This document shows, piece after piece, positions 25,401 to 36,692 of a stretch of 64,000 nucleotides of DNA. The notes beneath the pieces were generated by a model. That model made no database searches, was not told the DNA's origin, and saw only the letters and a program-made list of their open reading frames with translations. The stretch is from Leucoraja ocellata (Eukaryota). The stretch's first letter is position 1. Each line of letters starts with the position of its first letter. Where the stretch lies: contig JAWMAR010000070.1 in the NCBI GenBank assembly GCA_036785375.1, positions 7,316,001 to 7,380,000 of the forward strand, read 5' to 3'. Made by a program: the position numbers and the translations under genes.

Positions 25401-26806
25401 ACCTCATATTCCGTTTGGGGAGTCTGCACCCCGGGGGCATGAACATCGACTTCTCCCAATTCTGTTAGTCCTTGCTGTCTCCTCCCCTTCCTCAGCTCCC
25501 CTGGTGTCTCCTCCCACCCTCCAGCCTTCTCCTCCCACCCTCCAGCCTTCCGGCTACTCCTCCTTTTCCCTTTCTTGTCCCCACCCACCCCCACCCCTGA
25601 TCAGTCTGAAGAAGGGTTTCGGCCCAAAACGTTGCCTATTTCCTTCGCTCCATAGATGCTGCTGCACCCGCTGAGTTTCTCCAGCTTTTCTGTGTAACCT
25701 GCCTACTTTTAATGACTGGTGTACCATGACACCCAGGTCTCGTTGCATCTCCCCCTTTCCTAATCGGCCACCATTCAGATAATAGTCTAATTTCCTGTTT
25801 TGCCACCAAAGTGGATAACCTCACATTTATCCACATTATACTGCATCTGCCATGCATTTGCCCACTCACCCAGCCTATCCAAGTCACCTTGCAGCCTCCT
25901 AGCATCCTACTCAGAGCTAACACTGCCCCCAGCTTTGTGTCATCCGCAAACTTGGAGATGTTGCATTCAATTCCCTCGTCCAAATCATTAATATATACCG
26001 TAAATAGCTGGGGTCCCAGAACTGAGCCTCGAGGTACCCCACTAGTCACTGCCTGCCATTGTGAAAAGGACCCGTTTACTCCTACTCTTTGCTTCCTGTC
26101 TGCCAGCCAGTTCTCTATCCACATCAGTACTGAACCCCCAATACCGTGTGCTTTAAGTTTGTATACTAATCTCTTATGTGGGACCTTGTCGAAAGCCTTC
26201 TGAAAGTCCAGATATAACACATCCACTGGTTCTCCCCTATCCACGCTACTAGTTACATCCTCGAAAAATTCTATAAGATTTGTCAGACATGATTTACCCT
26301 TCATAAATCCATGCTGACCTTGTCCAATGATTTCACCACTTTCCAAATGTGCTACTATCCCATCTTTAATAACTGATTCTAGCAGTTTCCCCACTACCGA
26401 CGTTAGACTAACTGGTCTGTAATTCCCCATTTTCTCTTTTTAAAATGTGGTGTTACATTAGCTACCCTCCAATCCTCAGGAACTACTCCCAAATCTAAAG
26501 AGTTTTGAAAAATTATCACTAATGCATCCACTATTTCTGGGGCTACTTCCTTAAGTACTCTGGGATACAACCTATCTGGCCCTGGGGATTTATCGGCTTT
26601 TAATTCATTCAATTTACCTACCACCACTTCCCGGCTAACCTGGGTTTCACTCAGTTCCTCCATCTCATTTGACCCCCGGTCCCCTGCTATTTCCGGCAGA
26701 TTATTTATGTCTTCCTTAGTGAAGACGGAACCAAAGTAGTTATTCAATTGGTCTGCCATGTCCTTGTTCCCCATGATCAATTCACTTGTTTCTGACTGCA
26801 AGGGAC
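22434..26806 (-). mobile_element. CR1 (site 2 paralog) split by a Penelope-like insertion
   Basis: Same flanks as 6551-8350; RT fragments on both sides of 23131-25699. Confidence 0.88.
23131..25699 (-). mobile_element. Penelope-like retroelement (RT + GIY-YIG) with inverted terminal copy
   Basis: RT motifs GRPIVS, MDVQSLYT, MGTRMGP, RYIDD; endonuclease NLIY...YISET..RL..RF.EH. 25146-25699 is an inverted copy of the 3' part; 14-bp TSD tgcctacttttaat (23117-23130 / 25700-25713). ORF is frameshifted. Confidence 0.92.
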
Positions 26807-29178
26807 CTGAAGGGCTTGGCCAAGCAGATACAAGGATTGAACCCGCAGTGGTTTAGGTATCGTGTAGGGGAATTTGATGTACAGCACAAAAATAAAGTTT
26901 AGTTGTTCCAGTGCTTGACTCAGTGGTTTTTGACTGAACTAGACTGGGGGTAAGCTTGAGAAGAATGTATTTAATCCCTCCCCCCCCCCCACTACCACCC
27001 TCCTTCTCCCTCTACCCCTTCCCACTCTCTCTCTACCTCCTTTCTCTCTGCCTCTCTCCTTCACTCCCCCTCCTCTCTCCCTCTAAGTATTGAAGAGGGA
27101 GGGTGAAGAGTAGGAAGAGGGGATGCGGCGAAATGAGCCGCGCCTCCAGAGTTGGGGGCTATGAGTGAGTGGTGGAATATTGCGTTGGGGAACGGGTGAG
27201 TGGTGGAATATTGCGTTGGGGAATGGGTGAGTGGTGGAATATTGCGTTGGGTTTGTACTTGGTCTGCACAGTAACTTTATATAATTCTATCAGGTCTATG
27301 GGCGGCTCTGTAGTGGCAGCCCTCCACTGTCTACCCTGGCCTATCATGATTATATACTTACACCATAAGTACACAATAAGGTCTCAGTTATTCCAAGTAA
27401 ACCAGACCATGATAGTACAAGACAACGTACGTGGGGCATCACCAGTGGTGCAGTGTCCATCAGGGTTGTGTAGGGTTGTGGTGAGTGGCGTAGGGTTGTG
27501 GTTGGGGTTGTGCAGGCTGGTTCAACAACCTTGTGCTTGCTGGGAAGAAGCTGCTCTTGAACCTGGAGCTCACGGTTCTCAGGCTCCTGTACCTTCCCCT
27601 CAGTAGTGGTGATAAGAGAGTGTGGCCAGGGTGGTGTGGGTCTATAACTGGAAGACCAGGCTCCATACGGAGGTAAGAAAGCTCCTTGACAACCACAATT
27701 GACACCCAACGAGGGTCAAAACTGGACTCTAATCAGCAGCCCTAACAATGCACGAGGGCAATGCAGGGGCGGTACAGTGGCGCAGCGGTAGAGTTGCTGC
27801 CTTACAGCGCTAGAGACCCGCCTTCGATGGTAACTACGGGCACTGTCTGTACAGTGTATGTACATTGTCCCTGTGACCATGTGGGTTTCCTCCGGGTGCT
27901 CTGGTTTCCTTTCAGATTACAAAGACGTGTAGATTTGTAGGTTAATTGGCTTCAGTAAATTGTCCCTAGTGTGTAGGTTAGAACTAGTGTAGGGGTGATC
28001 ACTGGTTGGGTTAGACTCGGTGGGCCGAAGAACCTGTTTCCATATCCTAACATATTCAGTTTTTCAGAGCCCCGCGCGATGTCGGGACCAGCTCCACACA
28101 ACTCCATACGGCTCCGGCGATCAAAGTGGGACCGGCCCCGCGAGGCCGTACGGCTCAAGTGACCACGTTAGGTCGCGCTTGCCGCATGGAGTCGCATGCT
28201 CGTGGGACTGGCCCTTTAATCCGGCGATGTTGCCCGTAGTGAGCAAAAGTTGCACAAAGTTCACACCCAACTCAATGCTGGCGTACAAAGAATCACTCAC
28301 ACCGGCTGTCTTCAGGGCAGGCAGAAGAAAGTTTATTTAAATTAAACGTACATTTACCGGTGCAAGCAAGGTCAGTTCTCCTCACTGCATGCGGTCCACG
28401 CTCACACCTTCCACGCTGCTCATCTTTATACCTTTACTATTCCCTACTTAGTGTCAGAGTCAAACAATATGGAAACAGGCCCTTCCCCAATACCATGTGC
28501 TCTAATTTTGCCCATTAATCTCCTATGTGGGACCTTATCAAATACTTCCTGCAAGTCCAGGTACACTACATCCACTGGCTCTCCGTTGTCCCCAGATCGT
28601 CTGACCACTAGTACATCAGGAGATTGTTTGTGTACTCCTTAGTGAAGACGGATCCAAAGTTTTTAGTTTATAAAGGACCAATTTTAGTCTGAACTAATTT
28701 TTTTCACATATCTAAAGAAGCTTTTACGATCCTCCTTTCTATTCTTGGCTATCTTACCTTCATACCTCATCTTTTCTCCCCGTATTGCTTTTTTAGTTAT
28801 CTTCTGTTGCTCTTTAAAAGAGTTACCTAATCCCCTGGCTTTCCGCTCATCTTTGCAACGTTATACCTGTTCTCTTTTATTTTGATAGTGTCCCTGACTT
28901 CCCTTGTCAGCCACAGTCGCCCCTAACTCCCCTTGGAATCTTCCTTCCTCTTTGGAATCCGGGTGCTCCGGTTTCGTCCCACACCCCAGAGACGTGCAGG
29001 TTTGTAGGTTAATTGGTCAGTGTAAATTGTATCTAGTGTGTGGGATAGAACTAGTATATGGGGTGATCACTGGTCCCCATTGACTCTGTGGCCGAAGGGC
29101 TTGTTTCCCTGTTGTACCTCTGAACGGAACTAAACTAAACTAGACTTTGTTACTGACCCTGGGACTGGCCCTGCTGAA

Positions 29179-29715
29179 TCAGTGAGAGATCATCAGCTGC
29201 ATCAATAATTCACAAAACGGTCTATATGGATACTTGATCCAAACACAGGAATACGTCCCTTTATCTTCCTCTTTTACACCTGTCAGGAGCAACGTGGCGT
29301 CCTGATTCCTAATGACGTCTCGTTGCACGAACCTCCAGTGAACATCAGATCCGTAATAAAACGCTAACGCTCTCTCATGGAAATGGGCAATTTGAACACC
29401 ATCTTTATTCCATGTAACCGTGGGACTATTGTCAACGTTGGATACATTACATGGCAACGTAACAGAACCACCCAGAGATGCAACGAGCACCTTCTTGTTA
29501 ATCGTTGATAGGTGATGACTGATGGCATCAGAATCTGACTTGTCCGTGCATCTTGGAAGCGTTTCATTGGTGACCTGTCGAGGGGCCCGTGCGTTCCGCC
29601 CGGCCAAGTTTGCTTCCTCTCCCCATTCTCTGGAGGTCGGACCTGTTCCAGTTGCGGAGACTTGCCACACCATCTCCACAAGGACCATGAATCCTATCCA
29701 TCTCTGCAGTCCCAT
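29179..29715 (-). CDS. Secreted single V-type Ig-domain protein, copy 4 (type B), 178 aa
   Basis: Paralog of copy 2; VTLPC...W...DKGTYSC; open frame. Confidence 0.85.
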   Translation of the reverse strand: MGLQRWIGFMVLVEMVWQVSATGTGPTSREWGEEANLAGRNARAPRQVTNETLPRCTDKSDSDAISHHLSTINKKVLVASLGGSVTLPCNVSNVDNSPTVTWNKDGVQIAHFHERALAFYYGSDVHWRFVQRDVIRNQDATLLLTGVKEEDKGTYSCVWIKYPYRPFCELLMQLMISH

Positions 29716-30295
29716 GTTCCTGTGGTGAAACAATGGGTCACCTTATTGCAACTCAGTAGGATTCATGATGACATTTCCTGAACCCGCCCAGAGTTGGGGA
29801 ATCGAGAACCAGAGGACATCGGTTTAAGGCGAGGGGGGGGGGAAAGATTTAATGGAAAACTGAGGGGTGACTTTTTTACACAAAGGGTGGAGGGTGTTTG
29901 GAACGAGCTGCCGGAAGAGGTAGTTGAGGCAGGTACTATCACAATGATTAAGAAACAGTTAGACAGGTACATTGATAGGACAGGATTAGAGGGGTAAGGT
30001 CCAAACGCAGGCAGGTGGGTCTAGTATTGATGGGGACACGTTGGTGGGCGCGGGCAAGTTGGGCCGAAGGTCTCGCTGTGACTCTATGACTCCATCACTT
30101 GTCCCACCCCGGTCATTCCTCCTTCTCCCTGGTCCTGTCTAGCAGACGGTACAGAAGCTTGAAAGCGCGCACCACCAGACTCAGGAACAGCTTCTTCCCC
30201 TCTGCTATCAGGCTTCTGAACTGGGAGAACAGTGAACAGAGACAATCCCACCCCCATCACTCACAGACACTTGAAGGATCCACAGGGTTGGTTAC

Positions 30296-30448
30296 CAGCT
30301 CCGGAGTCTCCACACAGGTGACGGGGTCGGTCTTGTTCTCATCTCCTGCCATCGCTCGCTCCTTTTATACCGACCCCGGCTTCTCCTGCCCCTCATTGTC
30401 TGCCCTCACGTACATTCAACCAATCACTGCCTCCCACGGAGCATTGGC
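30296..30448 (-). promoter_or_regulatory. Promoter and exon 1 of Ig copy 4
   Basis: TATAAAAG at 30369-30362; same architecture. Confidence 0.65.
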
Positions 30449-33400
30449 CGGAGTCAGCCGCGACCTCTCCACCCTCTGCCAAACGTGTCGTTGCATCAGC
30501 CGTTAACGTTTAACAAGAACAACGTCATCCCAGCTGCCAGCGGCCAACCAGGCGCCCCACACATCCTGCTTGTGTCTCCACCACGTCTCGTTCTGGTCAA
30601 CTCATCGCAGTTGAGGCAGAACTATCCCGACGTTTAAGAAACAGTTAGACAGGTACAGGCATAGGTCAGATTTGGAGGGATATGGACCAAACGTGGACAG
30701 GTGGGACTATTGTAGCTGGGACATGTTGTCCAATGTGGGCAAGTTGGGCCAAAGGGCCTGTTTCCATGCTGTATCACTCTATGACTGTATAACACTATGA
30801 CATTAAATCTTCTGCTTATCGAATCCACACACAAGATTAGTTGTTCAGCCAGAGCTGATCACACTTCTCGGCATCTGCATAAAATGGTGTCTGTCTTGTT
30901 GCGTCTTGTGCTGCTTGTTCGTGGTGGTGGAGAGATTGGTGTAAACGTGAAACATTAAATAAATAATGATAACTAGACCAAGTGGGACCCGTTGGGCCCC
31001 GTTCCCCCAACGTAATATTCCACCACTCACCCATACCCCACAATACTCACCCCATCCCCTAGCAAGGAAAATTCTGGAAATGAAACCTCTCTCTTACTCC
31101 ACCCCCCCACAATGAAACGGGGAGCCCCCGCCCCCAACCCACCCCTCCCCACAATCGTAATTATTTTATAAATAAGGAGTAAATGAAACCTCTCAGCAAT
31201 TCCACCCCCCACAATGAAAAGCCTCCTCCCAAGAAATCTAAATGAGATTCCTTTGCGATGTACCCGTCCCCCCAACGCAATTTTCCACCACTCACCCATA
31301 CCCCACAACTGCGCAGGCGAGTCTCTTACACTCCCTCCCCCTCGTCTACACCCTCCTCCTTCTCTCCCCTCTCCTCCTCCACTCCCTCCATCACCTCTCC
31401 TTCCCTCTCATTTTTCCCTACCCTCAGTCACTGCCTCCCCTTTGGGAGCTGAGATCCCATTCTGATGTCATTGTCGGATCAACCCCCCCTTCCTCTCCCT
31501 CTATTCCCCCTCCTCTCCCACTCTCCCTCCTCACCTCCCCCACTTTCCCCCCTCTTCCTCCCTACTCCCTTCTCTCCCCCAATCCCCCCCCCCCCCACCT
31601 CCTCACACTGCCTTGTAACTAACAACCTCCAATCCAGGCATCATTCTGGGATTCCTCTCCTGCACCCTCTCCAAACTCTTTGGGAAATTGGCTCCGGTTA
31701 TCTCCCCTATCTATGCCTCTCATCTCTATATTGTTAAAAGTCTCATCTTGTGTATATGTATACGTGTGTGTGTTGTCTGTGCCTTTCTACCTTCATCAAA
31801 ATGCCACGCATTAGCGCATTAGCTTTCACGCATTAGTAATCGTATTAACCCCTTTGACAAAATAAACTGCTCCACTTCACATTACATGCTGTAGTTCACA
31901 AGTTATAGCGTTTTAAAAATAGTGAAAACCAACTTATTAAACGGCGAACCTTCACCCTGCTTCGAGTGATGTCACAAAGGGGGAGTGGTCGACCAGCAGC
32001 TTCCAGTGATGTCAGGGGGAGGACCTCATTGAAATTAACATTCCGCTTTATCCGATCCGGCCTTCTACACCCCACATGGGGTTTTTTTCGCGGCCATCAA
32101 AGAGGCGTTGAGACTGCGGCGGTGAAGGAGATATCGTGACCACCATGGGCGGAAATCCTGGGGGGGGACAGGGGGCACGTCCCCCTATGCTTTGGGAGGT
32201 GCGGGACGATTCCCCCGGTTCATGTTTTGTATTTGGCACTTTATCGGACGCTTTCTATGGGCAGAATCAGCCCATTCGCGGGGCCTTTCAGTGCCCAGCG
32301 TGGCTTAAAATCAAATTGCTGCATCAAGGTGATCGAGGCTCCCGATGTTGAAGCCCCGCCGGGCGATGAAAGGCCCCGCGAACGGGCCGATTCAAGCCAC
32401 ACGATTCGGGGCTGACGAAGCTGCTGTTGCTGGAGTTCGGAGTCGGTCACCAACCAAGTCAGCCCCCGATGTTACCGTCCACAGGGCCCACGGCCAAAGC
32501 CTCGCGTGTGTGCCGCATGCATGTGTGCCGCCAAGGAATTGTTTCCCCCCATGTTTTGATGATGATTTCCGTGCATGGAGAAGGCAGCGGTGAGGCATCG
32601 CGACGGTGGGTCGGCACGTTGGCGGTGAGGCCTCGCAGATATGGAGCAGCTGCGGCGGCAGGAAAGGAGAGGGAGAGAGAGAGAAGGAGGGATTGGGGGA
32701 GAGGAGAAAGAGACGGGGAAGATCCTGGGGAGGTGAGGAAGGACGGGGGAGATTGAGGGAGAGGAGGGGGTAGGGAGGGTAGTTGCCACATCTGCACTCC
32801 CTCTCTTGCCCCCTTTCTACCCTCCCTCACCCACTCTACCCTCCTCCCTCTCCCTCTCTACCTGTAAATCCTCGCTAAATCAGAGCAGTAATAGCACCAA
32901 AATTTAGTAAAGGACATGTATTGTTCGGCCATTTTGGTCAAGTCTGATGTACTGTGCAGAAGTAAGACAAGCTTCTGAATGGTGCCGGTAAGTCTGGGCC
33001 CCACATCAATGTTGCAGATAAGAAATGTATGAGAATTGACAGAATGAATGCGATTTCTGCAGAAGACCTCCAAGGGAGTGTAAAATGCATGAAGTTGATT
33101 GGATTACTGCAACAGCATTGTAAATATTGTAAATCATGTTGCCAGTTACCCTGCTGTTTGTTGATTGGCTAAAGTGTTGAGCCCTGGCAGGTGTTTATTT
33201 GAATTCCAGGGTAAATGTTGCATTATTCAAGTTAAGTTAGCTTCTTCCAGCAGCTTCACCTGAAACAATGTATGGGAGACTGTTATTGGTCTGGGGAACT
33301 GTCTATAATGTACTGATGTAATTAATATGTTTGATTGGATTGTAAAGAGACCACCTCTATGTAGTTTGGCCCCTCAAGGCTCAGGGACCTATAAAAAGCA

Positions 33401-34739
33401 GGTCCTTTGTCGATCTTCTGGAAGAGCCCTTGGGACTGTGTGACCTTTTGGAGTGTTTCTGCTTGCATAAGGCTGAAGGGTTTGGCCAAGCAGATACAAG
33501 GATTGAACCCGCAGTGGTTTAGGTATCGTGTAGTTGAATTAGATGTACAATCCAAAAATAAAGATTAATTGTTCCAGTGCTTGACTCAGTGGTTTTTGAC
33601 TGAACTAGACTGGGGGTAAGCTTGAGAAGAATGTATTTAATCCCTCCCCCACACTACCCCCCTCCCCCTCTCCCTTTACCCCTTCCCACTCTCTCTCTAC
33701 CTCCTTTCTCTCTGCCTCTCTCCTTCTCTCCCCCTCCTCTCTCCCTCTAGGTATTGAAGAGGGAGGGTGAAGAGTAGGAAGAGGTGATGCGGAGTAATGA
33801 GCCGCGCCTGCACAGTTAGGGGCTATGAGTGAGTGGTGGAATATATAGTGTTGGGGAATGGGTGAGTGGTGGAATATTGCGTTGGGTTTGTACTTGGTCT
33901 GCACAGTAACTTTATATAATTCTATCAGGTCTATGGGCGGCTCTGTAGTGGCAGCCCTCCACTGTCTACCCTGGCCTATCATGATTATATACTTACACCA
34001 TAAGTACACAATAAGGTCTCAGTTATTCCAAGTAAACCAGACCATGATAGTACAAGACAACGTACGTGGGGCATCACCAGTGGTGCAGTGTCCATCAGGG
34101 TTGTGTAGGGTTGTGGTGAGCGGCGTAGGGTTGTGGTTGGGGTTGTGCAGGCTGGTTCAACAACCTTGTGCTTGCTGGGAAGAAGCTGCTCTTGAACCTG
34201 GAGCTCACGGTTCTCAGGCTCCTGTACCTTCCCCTCAGTAGTGGTGATAAGCGAGTGTGGCCAGGGTGGTGTGGGTCTATAACTGGAAGACCAGGCTCCA
34301 TACGGAGGTAAGAAAGCTCCTTGACAACCACAATTGACACCCAACGAGGGTCAAAACTGGACTCTAATCAGCAGCCCTAACAATGCACGAGGGCAATGCA
34401 GGGGCGGTACAGTGGCGCAGCGGTAGAGTTGCTGCCTTACAGCGCTAGAGACCCGCCTTCGATGGTAACTACGGGCACTGTCTGTACAGTGTATGTACAT
34501 TGTCCCTGTGACCATGTGGGTTTCCTCCGGGTGCTCTGGTTTCCTTTCAGATTGCAAAAATGTGTAGATTTATAGGTTAATTGGCTTCAGTAAATTGTCC
34601 CTAGTGTGTAGGTTAGAACTAGTGTAGGGGTGATCACTGGTTGGGTTGGACTCGGTGGGCCGAAGAACCTGTTTCCACACTGTATCTCTAAGCAAAACTG
34701 AACTAAACTAATTTAAAGGCAACTCCATGACACTTAAGG

Positions 34740-35530
34740 GCCTCTCCCACTAGCATGCGACCTGCATGCGGCAAGCGCTACCAAACCGGAAGCGGAGGAC
34801 GAGTGAATGATGTGAAGTTCGAGCGAAGTCCGCGGGAAGTTCGCGCGTGACGTACGCCGTCAAGCCGCTGCGTGCTGCGTCGAGACGCTGCGCACGCCCA
34901 TCGAGGCGGTGCGTACGGCATCGAGGCGGCTGCGGGCCAGCAGGCCGTTACCGTGCAGAATTTTAGAACACGTTCAATTTTTCGGAGCTCTGTGCGATGT
35001 CAGGACCAGCTCCACACCGAGATATGTACTCCGAGGAATTTATAGCTGGAGACGCGCTCCACCTCAGTCCCGTTTATATGGATGGGGGTATGACTGCCTC
35101 CTCTGGTCTGCCTGAAGTCAACAATAATCTCCTTCGTCTTTTTGGAGTTGAGGACAAGGTTATTGTTGGCACACCAGGCTGTCAGGTGCTGGATCTCCTC
35201 CCTGTAGGCTGACTCATCGTTGTCGCTGATCAGTCCTACTACCGTGGTATCGTCAGCAAACTTAATAATGGCGTTGGATCCGTACTTTGGGATGCAGTCG
35301 TGGGTGAAGAGGGAGTAGAGGAGAGGGCTGAGCACACAGCCCTGTGGCACCCCGGTGTTCAGTGTTATAGTGGAGGAGGTGATTCAACCAATCACTGCCT
35401 CCCACGGAGCATTGGCCGGAGTCAGCCGCGACCTCTCCACCCTCTGCCAAACGTGTCGTTGCATCAGCCGTTAACGTTTAACAAGAACAACGTCATCCCA
35501 GCTGCCAGCAGCCAACCAGGCGCCCCATTT
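34740..35530 (-). pseudogene. Gene-less unit: Ig gene deleted, only upstream CCAAT promoter remnant left
   Basis: Sequence passes from the downstream flank (accagctccacac, 35017) through a Rex1 fragment to attcaaccaatcac (35382). CDS, intron, exon 1 and TATA are absent. Confidence 0.8.
35018..35381 (-). mobile_element. Internal Rex1/Babar RT fragment at a deletion junction
   Basis: [18 protein letters not shown]...FADDTT...FLGVHIS; no 3' tail, no TSD. Confidence 0.85.
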
Positions 35531-36692
35531 CCGACACTTCCCTACCATTCCTTGACCTCACTATCTCCATTGCAGGTGATAGACTTCTAACCGACATACA
35601 CTATAAACCCACTGACTCCCATGGCTATCTGGACTACACTTCTTCCCACCCTGCTTCCTGTAAGGACTCCATCCCCTACTCCCAATTCCTCCGTCTACGC
35701 CGCATCTGCTCCACGGATGAGGCGTTCCACACCAGGACATCTGAAATGTCCTCACTATTCAGGGAACGGGGGTTCCCCTCCTCCACCATAAATGAGGCTC
35801 GCACCAGGGTCTCTTCCATACCCCGCAACACTGCTCTCTCTCCCCATCCCCGCACTCGCAACAAGGGCCGAGTCCCCCTAGTCCTCACCTTTCACCCCAC
35901 CAGCCGTCACATACAAAAAATAATCCTCCGTCAGTTTCGCCACCTCCAACGTGACCCCACTACTCGCCACATCTTCCCATCTCCCCCCATATCTGCCTTC
36001 CGCAAAGACCGCTCCCTCCATAACTCCCTTGTCAATTCTTCCCTTCCCTCTCGGTCCACCCCCTCCCCGGGCACTTTCCCTTGCGGCCGCAGGAGATGCA
36101 ACACTTGTCCCTTTGCCTCCCCCCTCGACTCCGTTCAAGGACCCAAGCAGTCGTTCCAGGTGCGACAGAGGTTTACCTGCATCTCTTCCAACCTCATCTA
36201 TTGCGTCCGCTGCTCTAGATGCCAGCAGATCTATATCGATGAGACCAAGCGGAGGTTGGGCGATCGTTTCGCCGAACACCTCCGCTCGGTCCGCAATAAC
36301 CAAGCTGACCTCCCGGTGGCTCAGCACTTCAACTCCCCCTCCCACTCCGCCTCCGACCTCTCTGTCCTGGGTCTCCTCCATGGCCACAGCGAGCAGCACC
36401 GGAAATTGGAGGAACAGCACCTCATATTCCGTTTGGGGACTCTACACCCCCGGGGCATGAACATCGAATTCTCCCAATTCTGTTAGTCCTTGCTGTCTCC
36501 TCCCCTTCCTCAGCTCCCCTGCTGTCTCCTCCCACCCTCCAGCCTTCTGGCTACTCCTCCTTTTCCCTTTCTTGTCCCCACCCACCCCCACCCCCGATCA
36601 GTCTGAAGAAGGGTTTCGGCCCGAAACGTTGCCTATTTCCTTCGCTCCATAGATGCTGCTGCACCCGCTGAGTTTCTCCAGCTTTTCTGTGT
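35528..36692 (+). mobile_element. 5'-truncated Penelope-like element (GIY-YIG end)
   Basis: 246-aa ORF 35746-36486 nearly identical to 23398-24141; 14-bp TSD aaccaggcgcccca (35514-35527 / 36693-36706). Confidence 0.92.
36598..36635 (+). ncRNA. Minimal hammerhead-ribozyme core in the Penelope terminal repeat
   Basis: CTGAAGA-a-GGG-tttcgg-CCC-GAAAC-GTT; also on the minus strand at ~23230-23263. Stem I pairing is weak. Confidence 0.55.
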
